Part shown: positions 8,526 to 14,386 of the stretch, piece after piece
Position numbering within the stretch: position 1 is the first letter of the stretch
Layout of the letters: every line of letters begins with the position of its first letter
From: a virus
Length of the DNA: 64,000 nucleotides
Reading direction: 5' to 3' (one strand)
IMG/VR virus record: IMGVR_UViG_3300002030_000028
The notes under the pieces: generated by a model
Database searches by the model: none
What the model was told of the DNA's origin: nothing
The model's input: only the letters and a program-made list of their open reading frames with translations
Made by a program: the position numbers and the translations under genes

Positions 8526-10025
8526 ATGCGCTTAAACCCACTGACCGCGATCGACTTCTATAAGGCCGATCACCGCCGACAATACCCTGAAGGGACGGAG
8601 TACGTTTATTCAAATTTCACCCCGCGCTCGTCAAAGCACGCGCCAGTGCTCGATGATTTTGACGACCGCGTGGTTTTCTTTGGCCTTCAGGGTTTCATCA
8701 AAAGCTTTCTGATTGATGCTTGGAATGAAAATTTCTTCAATCGCCCGATAGAGCAGGTTCTGTACGACTATCAGGTCCGGATGGATAAATCGCTTGGCGT
8801 CGGAGTGATATCGGTTGAGCACATCGAGGCGCTCCACCGTCTCGGTGCGCTGCCCATTCACATCAAGGCCCTACCCGAGGGGTCTCGGGTCAATATGCGG
8901 GTTCCGATGTTCACGATCGTAAACACGCTGCCGGAATTCTTCTGGTTGACGAATTATCTCGAGACCTCGATGAGCGCGGGTATTTGGAAATCATGCACCA
9001 CCGCCACGATAGCATTTGAATACCGTCGGCTGCTTACGCATTTCTACAAAGAGACCGGCGCGGATCTTCGCGATATCGCGGTCAACGTCCATGACTTCAG
9101 TTTTCGCGGTATGAGCGGAATACATGACGCTGCTCAATCGGGAGCTGGTCATCTGTTGAGCTTTGTCGGAACCGATACCGTTCAGGCAATTGATTATGTC
9201 GATGAATATTACTTCGGTGCCGAGAGTGGGCCGGCGCCGATCGGCCTGTCTGTGCCCGCGACAGAGCATAGCGTGATGTGCATGGGCACGAAGGGGGATG
9301 AGGTCGGAACGTTTAGGCGCCTAATCACCGAGACCTACCCCACGGGGATTGTCTCGATCGTGTCCGATACATGGGATTTCTGGCAGGTCATCACGGAATA
9401 TTCTGTGTTGCTGAAGGATGAGATATTAGCCAGAGAACCCAATAACCTCGGACTGGCCAAGGTGGTATTCAGACCAGACAGCGGTGATCCGGTCAAAATA
9501 CTATGCGGTGACCCCGCAGCGCCTCTGGGTTCTCCGGCCCGTAAAGGGGCTGTGGAATGTCTCTGGGACATTTTCGGCGGCACTCACACGCCTGCTGGCT
9601 ATATGCAGCTACATGAGCGCGTGGGCCTCATCTATGGGGATTCTATAACGCTTCAACGCGCGAAGGACATTATGGAACGATTGAAGCTGAAGGGCTTCGC
9701 GGCAAATAACGTGGTGTTCGGGGTCGGGAGTTACACGTACCAATACGTGACCCGCGATAGCTTTGGGTTCGCGATGAAAGCCACTTGGGGTCAGGTCGAC
9801 GGTGAAGGCCGGGATATATTCAAAGACCCGATTACGGATGATGGATTGAAGAAATCCGCCAAAGGTCTGTTGAGGGTTGAGGAGACAGATCAGGGCTTTG
9901 TGCTTCATGATCAACAAACCGCCGATCAGGAACGCGAAGGCGCCATGAGGTCGGTGTTCCATGAGGGACGGTTGATTGTTGAGGATACGTTTCAGCAAAT
10001 CCGTCACCGCCTTATGGGCTTTTAG
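8526..10025 (+). CDS. nicotinamide phosphoribosyltransferase family enzyme (NadV/Nampt-like; candidate Namat of NARP1)
   Basis: N-terminus NPLTAIDFYKADHRRQYPEGTEYVYSNFTPRS plus FRGMSG, PATEHSVM, RPDSGDP and IYGDSIT, all typical of the Nampt family. ATG at 8526 follows AAAAGGAAAA. Confidence 0.9.
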   Translation: MRLNPLTAIDFYKADHRRQYPEGTEYVYSNFTPRSSKHAPVLDDFDDRVVFFGLQGFIKSFLIDAWNENFFNRPIEQVLYDYQVRMDKSLGVGVISVEHIEALHRLGALPIHIKALPEGSRVNMRVPMFTIVNTLPEFFWLTNYLETSMSAGIWKSCTTATIAFEYRRLLTHFYKETGADLRDIAVNVHDFSFRGMSGIHDAAQSGAGHLLSFVGTDTVQAIDYVDEYYFGAESGPAPIGLSVPATEHSVMCMGTKGDEVGTFRRLITETYPTGIVSIVSDTWDFWQVITEYSVLLKDEILAREPNNLGLAKVVFRPDSGDPVKILCGDPAAPLGSPARKGAVECLWDIFGGTHTPAGYMQLHERVGLIYGDSITLQRAKDIMERLKLKGFAANNVVFGVGSYTYQYVTRDSFGFAMKATWGQVDGEGRDIFKDPITDDGLKKSAKGLLRVEETDQGFVLHDQQTADQEREGAMRSVFHEGRLIVEDTFQQIRHRLMGF

Positions 10026-10149
10026 GATGCGGCCCCGGTTCTTCCGCATAGCGAGAACGCTTGATAAATGTAACCGGCATCCCCCGGCGGAGGGTTGATA
10101 ATATCCGCCACTTTTCACGAATACCAATTCCCATAGGCGAGGCTTTGAG

Positions 10150-10347
10150 ATGAATATTAGCGATATGATAGTGGTGGTGAAGACGTTCGACGATGAGAAC
10201 CAAATCAAAAACGTAACGTTTGAAGGCACGAACGGCTATACCATCGATGGTGGGGTTTTGCAGATAGTCTATGCCGATCATTGCGCCCACGTTTATGCGC
10301 CAGATCAATGGCTCGAGATATCCTGTACACCTAAAAAGGATTCGTGA
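10150..10347 (+). CDS. hypothetical protein (65 aa)
   Basis: ORF track entry. Confidence 0.45.
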   Translation: MNISDMIVVVKTFDDENQIKNVTFEGTNGYTIDGGVLQIVYADHCAHVYAPDQWLEISCTPKKDS

Positions 10348-10383
10348 TGTTCATTTTTGCTGCCTCATTTGTGGTCGAAAAAA

Positions 10384-10575
10384 TTAACATGGTGGTTCTT
10401 TTTTAAGAAAGCGATCGACCATAACCTCTGGGCTAGGCATCTCTAATCCTAATTCTTCAAGTTCATTTTTCGTATATTGAGCAGTCTCAATTAGCTTGCA
10501 CCTTTCCCTACATACGCGATACGCCACAGCAAGCCTCAAGGTAACGAAATCACTAGGGGGCATATGCATCATCAT
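10384..10575 (-). CDS. hypothetical protein (63 aa), co-transcribed with the XRE regulator
   Basis: ORF track entry. 4-nt overlap with the upstream minus-strand gene. Confidence 0.45.
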   Translation of the reverse strand: MMMHMPPSDFVTLRLAVAYRVCRERCKLIETAQYTKNELEELGLEMPSPEVMVDRFLKKEPPC

Positions 10576-10784
10576 TTTTGCTCAAGCTCCCTATCAAGCA
10601 GGAACTTGTATATAGCGGCCTGCGCTATACCGGGGACGTTCTTACGCCCGCTCTCAAATGCACTTATTTCGGGCGCGCTATAGGGTTTATTTTTCCCCGT
10701 TCTGTCCGATAGCCATTGACCAAATTCAATTTGCTTCATCTCCATGTGGGATCGGAAGTCCTTAAAGTCTTTTGCTGTCATCAT
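10572..10784 (-). CDS. XRE/Cro-type helix-turn-helix regulator (70 aa)
   Basis: MKQIEFGQWLSDRTGKNKPYSAPEISAFESGRKNVP is a typical HTH_XRE layout. GAGGAG SD. Divergent from the ribozyme operon. Confidence 0.7.
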   Translation of the reverse strand: MMTAKDFKDFRSHMEMKQIEFGQWLSDRTGKNKPYSAPEISAFESGRKNVPGIAQAAIYKFLLDRELEQK

Positions 10785-10833
10785 GTGATCAGTCTCCTCT
10801 GTATTTTCCCGAGATAATCATGTTATGTAAAAA

Positions 10834-10886
10834 AATCAAGTTTTTTAATTTTAGGACTTGATTAAAAAGCATAAGTTATCTATATA
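10834..10886. promoter_or_regulatory. Divergent promoter/operator: inverted repeat AATCAAGT(10834-10841)/ACTTGATT(10856-10863) plus a plus-strand promoter
   Basis: Plus strand: TTGATT (10858-10863), 17-nt spacer, TATATA (10881-10886). The left arm read on the minus strand is also TTGATT, so both -35 boxes lie inside the palindrome. Confidence 0.5.
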
Positions 10887-11023
10887 GGTTGTATCAGAGA
10901 TGATCACGGCGGACGCGAAACCGCCACGGCATAAACCAAAACTCGACGCCACTACGCGGGAAACAACGACCCGCGCGAACGTGGGAATCGCGACGATGAA
11001 ACGAGACGCGGTGAGGGAGACAG

Positions 11024-11074
11024 GTCAACGGCAGATAAGCGAGCCGTTCTGATGAGATAGCTTAATTCGAAACC
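11024..11074 (+). ncRNA. Hammerhead-like element HHR-0, permuted (type III-like) variant, activity doubtful
   Basis: GUC 11024-11026. Stem I 11027-11032/11043-11048. CUGAUGA 11049-11055. 5-bp pseudoknot 11036-11040 with 11060-11064. UUCGAAAC (11066-11073) lies 3' of the core. Stems II and III are only 2-3 bp. Confidence 0.3.
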
Positions 11075-11085
11075 GAGGAAATATT

Positions 11086-11298
11086 ATGAAACTTACATAT
11101 TGGATTGCGAAGCAAGAAAATGACCATACTTGCTATGATGTGCGAGCCAAAACGCGCAAAGAATGTTCACGTCTAGTGTCTGAACTACATAACGCGAAAT
11201 ATTATGGCAAGCCTGAAAAGGTAACTGTCGAATATGAAGATGCTTTTGATCTTATGATTGAGTGTCGCGGGCATGAGGATTCAGGATATTGGGAATAG
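11086..11298 (+). CDS. hypothetical protein (70 aa), cistron 1 of the ribozyme operon
   Basis: ORF track entry. GAGGAAA SD. The TAG stop overlaps HHR-A stem II. Confidence 0.6.
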   Translation: MKLTYWIAKQENDHTCYDVRAKTRKECSRLVSELHNAKYYGKPEKVTVEYEDAFDLMIECRGHEDSGYWE

Positions 11299-11360
11299 TC
11301 GAAACCGGGTTTTACCCGGTCAGCCGAGGACCAGCCACCCGGCTCTGATGAGACAGGCTG
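11296..11360 (+). ncRNA. Type II hammerhead ribozyme HHR-A
   Basis: UAGUC-GAAAC (11301-11305). Stem III 11305-11309/11315-11319. Cleavage after C11321. Stem I 11322-11326/11340-11344. CUGAUGA 11345-11351. GAC pairs GUC. Pseudoknot CAGCC 11332-11336 with GGCUG 11356-11360. Confidence 0.85.
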
Positions 11361-11376
11361 CAATAAGGAATTTATC

Positions 11377-11609
11377 ATGAATATCGACGCAATTTTTACC
11401 GGCCTATATGCTTCAATCATGGTTCGTGACGGCAATGTCACCCATGTCGTTCAATACACGAAAGAAGAGGTTCGGGAGCTTTAACCGATGAGCAGCTTAC
11501 CTTTCTGATTAACGGTGAGATGCCAATCATCACGGACCCCGTCACGAGAGCTCAGACGGTTCATATCAGTATGGACATTCAGGCTCGCAGGGTTCTGTGT
11601 CCGAAATAA
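11377..11609 (+). pseudogene. Cistron 2: two short ORFs (11377-11484, 35 aa; 11520-11609, 29 aa) or one frameshifted gene of about 77 aa
   Basis: The span is 233 nt (3n+2). ...KEEVREL stop in one frame reads on in the -1 frame as ...LTDEQLTFLINGEMPIITDPVTRAQ... The TAA at 11607 is embedded in HHR-B. Confidence 0.35.
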
Positions 11610-11669
11610 TCGAAACCGCCCCTTGGCGGTCTGTCGGGAATGATCCCCCGGCACTGATGAGATAGATTG
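11607..11669 (+). ncRNA. Type II hammerhead ribozyme HHR-B
   Basis: UAAUC-GAAAC (11612-11616). Stem III 11616-11620/11625-11629. Cleavage after C11631. Stem I 11632-11638/11647-11653. CUGAUGA 11654-11660. GAU pairs AUC. Pseudoknot UGAUC 11641-11645 with GAUUG 11665-11669 (two wobbles). Confidence 0.8.
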
Positions 11670-11681
11670 AAAGGAAAAATT

Positions 11682-11909
11682 ATGCCTCACGTATCAACAT
11701 ACGATAGCGCGCCGTTTGCAAAAGCTTATAAAGCTACAGATAGACTAGAAACTTCTGATAGACGCGCTATGGCGAAGGTCGGGGTTGAGTATGCATATTA
11801 TTCATACTTGCTGTTTTTAGGCGTAAGTTATGAGACTGCAATTCAGGCATTTGAAGGAATAGGATCTAACGCTCATAATTTAAATGAGGTTGCTCGTAAA
11901 TTTCCATAA
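11682..11909 (+). CDS. hypothetical protein (75 aa), cistron 3
   Basis: Track ORF trimmed to the ATG at 11682, after GAAAGGAAAAA. Tandem TAA TAA stops. Confidence 0.55.
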   Translation: MPHVSTYDSAPFAKAYKATDRLETSDRRAMAKVGVEYAYYSYLLFLGVSYETAIQAFEGIGSNAHNLNEVARKFP

Positions 11910-11913
11910 TAAA

Positions 11914-11979
11914 TAATCGAAACCGGCGCGCACCGCCGGTCTGGCAAGGGTTAGCCGCCTGCCACTGATGAGATAGGCT
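11914..11979 (+). ncRNA. Type II hammerhead ribozyme HHR-C
   Basis: UAAUC-GAAAC (11919-11923). Stem III 11923-11928/11934-11939. Cleavage after C11941. Stem I 11942-11946/11960-11964. CUGAUGA 11965-11971. Pseudoknot AGCC 11953-11956 with GGCU 11976-11979. Confidence 0.85.
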
Positions 11980-11995
11980 TTTAAAGGATGAACAC

Positions 11996-12145
11996 ATGAC
12001 AAGATCAGAACGTTTCGCGAAAGGCTTTGTTGGCTTGCTTCTGGGTGGTTTCGCCATCTGGTGTTGGCTCAAGGCCGTACCCGCGTACCCGATGATTTTC
12101 GGAATGGGAGCGATGTATTTTTTCTATCGCGCCGCTGAAACCTAG
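11996..12145 (+). CDS. small membrane protein (49 aa), cistron 4
   Basis: Hand-translated MTRSERFAKGFVGLLLGGFAIWCWLKAVPAYPMIFGMGAMYFFYRAAET. AAAGGA SD. The TAG stop is embedded in HHR-D. Confidence 0.5.
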   Translation: MTRSERFAKGFVGLLLGGFAIWCWLKAVPAYPMIFGMGAMYFFYRAAET

Positions 12146-12205
12146 TCGAAACGCGCTCCGGCGCGTCAGCTTGGATTTATCACCATGCTCTGATGAGACA
12201 GATTG
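12143..12205 (+). ncRNA. Type II hammerhead ribozyme HHR-D
   Basis: UAGUC-GAAAC (12148-12152). Stem III 12152-12156/12161-12165 with a UCCG loop. Cleavage after C12167. Stem I 12168-12174/12183-12189 (one U-U mismatch). CUGAUGA 12190-12196. Pseudoknot is only weak (AUC/GAU). Confidence 0.8.
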
Positions 12206-12218
12206 AAAGGAAAACGGC

Positions 12219-12389
12219 ATGGGACCGACAAAGGTAGATATAGAGCCAGTGACTGATCAGGTCTTCTGGGTCACGGTAGACGGAAAGCGGTTTAAGAAAT
12301 TCACAAACATGGGATTAGCATGGGCGCACGCGAAAACGATAGTCGATTTCTATGAGTTTGAAGGCCGGACTGCTGAGTTAGTTCAATAA
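12219..12389 (+). CDS. hypothetical protein (56 aa), cistron 5
   Basis: Hand-translated MGPTKVDIEPVTDQVFWVTVDGKRFKKFTNMGLAWAHAKTIVDFYEFEGRTAELVQ. GAAAGGAAAA SD. The TAA stop is embedded in HHR-E. Confidence 0.5.
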   Translation: MGPTKVDIEPVTDQVFWVTVDGKRFKKFTNMGLAWAHAKTIVDFYEFEGRTAELVQ

Positions 12390-12447
12390 TCGAAACGCCT
12401 TCGGGCGTCTGTCGCATATGGGCAAGCGGCACTGATGAGATAGCCCA
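12387..12447 (+). ncRNA. Type II hammerhead ribozyme HHR-E
   Basis: UAAUC-GAAAC (12392-12396). Stem III 12396-12399/12404-12407 with a UUCG loop. Cleavage after C12409. Stem I 12410-12415/12426-12431. CUGAUGA 12432-12438. Pseudoknot UGGGC 12419-12423 with GCCCA 12443-12447. Confidence 0.85.
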
Positions 12448-12462
12448 CAGTGGAGAATGTAT

Positions 12463-12702
12463 ATGTCGAAAACATCCAAAACCATTAAGCGTGCTCGCCG
12501 GATCAACCTCCGGATGGAGCGCATAAAGAAAGCCGTACAGGCGACCGACGTGTTGCTTGATACCTATTTCGATATGCGGGCCTCGGAAATCGAGGACTTC
12601 AATGCTGATCTGGAGAAGATGACCACTACGGTTGACGCCGATAAAATGGCTGACACCGAGCCGCCTAAGAAGAAGGCAGGCAATTCCGGAAAAACCGGAT
12701 AG
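12463..12702 (+). CDS. hypothetical protein (79 aa), cistron 6
   Basis: Track ORF 12457-12702. The ATG at 12463 has better spacing from GGAG (12452-12455). The TAG stop is embedded in HHR-F. Confidence 0.55.
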   Translation: MSKTSKTIKRARRINLRMERIKKAVQATDVLLDTYFDMRASEIEDFNADLEKMTTTVDADKMADTEPPKKKAGNSGKTG

Positions 12703-12836
12703 TCGAAACCCAAAGATTCCCCACAGCTAAAGGCTTTAAGGGAATGGGGTACTGCTGAAATTCATCATTACCGAAAATCAGGAATACCCCTTGGGTCCGC
12801 GTAGACTTATCCCTGCGCGCTGATGAGACAGATAAG
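12700..12836 (+). ncRNA. Type II hammerhead ribozyme HHR-F with an 86-nt branched insertion in stem III
   Basis: UAGUC-GAAAC (12705-12709). Stem III base 12709-12713/12791-12795, with hairpins 12716-12745 and 12746-12790. Cleavage after C12797. Stem I 12798-12804/12813-12819. CUGAUGA 12820-12826. Pseudoknot CUUAUC 12806-12811 with GAUAAG 12831-12836. Confidence 0.85.
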
Positions 12837-12847
12837 GGAGATTGATA

Positions 12848-13051
12848 ATGAAAAAAGTGCCAAGTGTAATAATGCACCATACCTTCAGTAACGGTAGTGA
12901 ATTGGGCACCTCTGTTCATGCAGATGGGTTCAGAGTCGAGTATTATAACGCTAAGAACGGGCAATTTAGGACTTTGAGTAGCGGCCATAAAACACAGCAG
13001 TTATGCCGTCAATCATTCTGGGACATACGCGACCACATCTGGAGCAATTGA
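12848..13051 (+). CDS. hypothetical protein (67 aa), cistron 7
   Basis: Track ORF trimmed to the ATG at 12848, 7 nt after AAGGGAG. Confidence 0.55.
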   Translation: MKKVPSVIMHHTFSNGSELGTSVHADGFRVEYYNAKNGQFRTLSSGHKTQQLCRQSFWDIRDHIWSN

Positions 13052-13111
13052 ATTCGAAACGCCGCGAGGCGTCATGCCGAGATGACCACCGGCATCTGAT
13101 GAGATAGGTCA
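13051..13111 (+). ncRNA. Type II hammerhead ribozyme HHR-G (stem II weakened)
   Basis: AAUUC-GAAAC (13056-13060). Stem III 13060-13063/13068-13071 with a GCGA loop. Cleavage after C13073. Stem I 13074-13079/13090-13095. CUGAUGA 13096-13102. Pseudoknot UGACC 13083-13087 with GGUCA 13107-13111. The third stem II pair is U-U. Confidence 0.65.
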
Positions 13112-13124
13112 AGGAGAACATTCA

Positions 13125-13955
13125 ATGAAAAATGTAACCCATATCATTACCGGAGCTGCGATAGCGGCTTGCGGTTTGCTCATTCTCGCCGTTTCAGCAT
13201 CCATGAGCTTTCAGGGATATGAGCGGGAATTCGAAAGCCTGTCGGGTGCGGGCCTCATAGGGGTCGGTATCGCGGGTCTGGCTTTCCTCTGCGCTGGCGC
13301 GGTCAGGATATCCCTTAAACAGGATATGCGGGACGTCGCCATCATCGCGGCCATCATGGCTGCGGTGTGCTTTGCCGGAGACGTATACGGTAACAACCTC
13401 GCCACCGGCGGGGACGTGGAACAAGAGATACAGCAGGCCCTCGCGGGTCAAGCGGCTTATGATACCGCCGAGACAGCGCTTCCACTGGTGAGGCAACGCT
13501 TGAAAACATCTCAGTCAAAGCTCGATACCGTATCGGGTGATGACATTTGCGCCGCGCAGCGCCTTCTTAAAGCTGAAGGTTTGTACGGCGGCGCTATCGA
13601 TTGTCGCAACGGACCAGTGACCGAAGCGGCCATGCTGTCCTTTGGCAGTGATCTGCGGGTAAAAATAGCCACTCTCGAGGCATCAGAAATGAAGCATCAA
13701 GGGGTAGTTTCTGTGGGTCGGCCTACAGCACCCCATGATTTATCTAAATTGTGGGCCAGCATAATCGCTTTTTTACTGACCTCGCTCTCTATGGCGTCGT
13801 CAGCGATCGGCCTACCTCTCATGGTGGGTCAGAAGCGTGAGCCGAGCGTCGATGAGGCGTTCAGCGAGATTGAGGATAGCCTTGATGACATGGAGGACGG
13901 CCTTGGTGAGTTGTTTGACTTCGTTAAGGAGGTGAGCGAGCGCCGGGCCGCATAG
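13125..13955 (+). CDS. membrane protein with peptidoglycan-binding-like repeat (276 aa), cistron 8
   Basis: Several hydrophobic segments. CAAQRLLKAEGLYGGAIDCRNGPVTEAAMLSFG resembles the PG_binding_1 motif. AAGGAG SD. The TAG stop is embedded in HHR-H. Confidence 0.6.
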   Translation: MKNVTHIITGAAIAACGLLILAVSASMSFQGYEREFESLSGAGLIGVGIAGLAFLCAGAVRISLKQDMRDVAIIAAIMAAVCFAGDVYGNNLATGGDVEQEIQQALAGQAAYDTAETALPLVRQRLKTSQSKLDTVSGDDICAAQRLLKAEGLYGGAIDCRNGPVTEAAMLSFGSDLRVKIATLEASEMKHQGVVSVGRPTAPHDLSKLWASIIAFLLTSLSMASSAIGLPLMVGQKREPSVDEAFSEIEDSLDDMEDGLGELFDFVKEVSERRAA

Positions 13956-14013
13956 TCGAAACCCGCTTCGGCGGGTCCATCGGGGATAATCTTCCGATGC
14001 TGATGAGACAGAT
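13953..14013 (+). ncRNA. Type II hammerhead ribozyme HHR-H
   Basis: UAGUC-GAAAC (13958-13962). Stem III 13962-13966/13971-13975 with a UUCG loop. Cleavage after C13977. Stem I 13978-13983/13994-13999. CUGAUGA 14000-14006. 4-bp pseudoknot AUCU 13989-13992 with AGAU 14010-14013. Confidence 0.8.
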
Positions 14014-14027
14014 AAAGGAGAATATTT

Positions 14028-14309
14028 ATGGGAAAATTCATTTATCATCACCCAAGCCGAAGAGTTGATGACTATCGTTTCTTGTCTTTGAGCAAATATA
14101 AAGCTGGACATACGCCGTTAAGTTACGAGGTCGCTATGCGAGGACTAGAAAATCTGGGTCTTTATTGTGATCCTTATTTTTCTGATTTGACGCATCATAG
14201 GCGAAACGAACGCCCAGATTTAAATGACCTGTCTGTGATCTCTTATTGCAAGATACGCGATGAAAGCTCTGGCATGGTTTGCGATGAATTATTACAAATA
14301 AAAACTTAG
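14028..14309 (+). CDS. hypothetical protein (93 aa), cistron 9
   Basis: ORF track entry. AAAGGAG SD. The TAG stop is embedded in HHR-I. Confidence 0.6.
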   Translation: MGKFIYHHPSRRVDDYRFLSLSKYKAGHTPLSYEVAMRGLENLGLYCDPYFSDLTHHRRNERPDLNDLSVISYCKIRDESSGMVCDELLQIKT

Positions 14310-14386
14310 TCGAAACGCTGTTTTGCGAAATTTCGTAATTCGGCGTCTGCCGGAGATTGGTTCCCCGGTACTGATGAGACAGACCA
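14307..14386 (+). ncRNA. Type II hammerhead ribozyme HHR-I (extended stem III)
   Basis: UAGUC-GAAAC (14312-14316). Stem III 14316-14320/14341-14345 plus inner helix 14325-14328/14333-14336. Cleavage after C14347. Stem I 14348-14353/14365-14370. CUGAUGA 14371-14377. Pseudoknot UGGUU 14358-14362 with GACCA 14382-14386. Confidence 0.85.

Noticed and set aside
9609-10308. Minus-strand ORFs 9609-10229 and 10012-10308
   Set aside because: They are antisense to the well-supported Nampt-family gene and to the following plus-strand ORF. They have no RBS and no recognisable product.
10908-10925. GGCGGACGCGAAACCGCC containing CGAAAC, a possible 5' half of a hammerhead
   Set aside because: GAAA sits in the loop of a simple 5-bp hairpin. 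The flanks cannot pair with the GAUA after the HHR-0 core, and no stem III ending in GUC follows.
11296-14386. Regularly recurring roughly 60-nt elements that could be a CRISPR array or REP-type repeats
   Set aside because: Only the short catalytic blocks are identical and the rest covaries. Spacings are 150-830 nt and are protein-coding with SD and ATG. The pattern fits ribozymes, not direct repeats with spacers.
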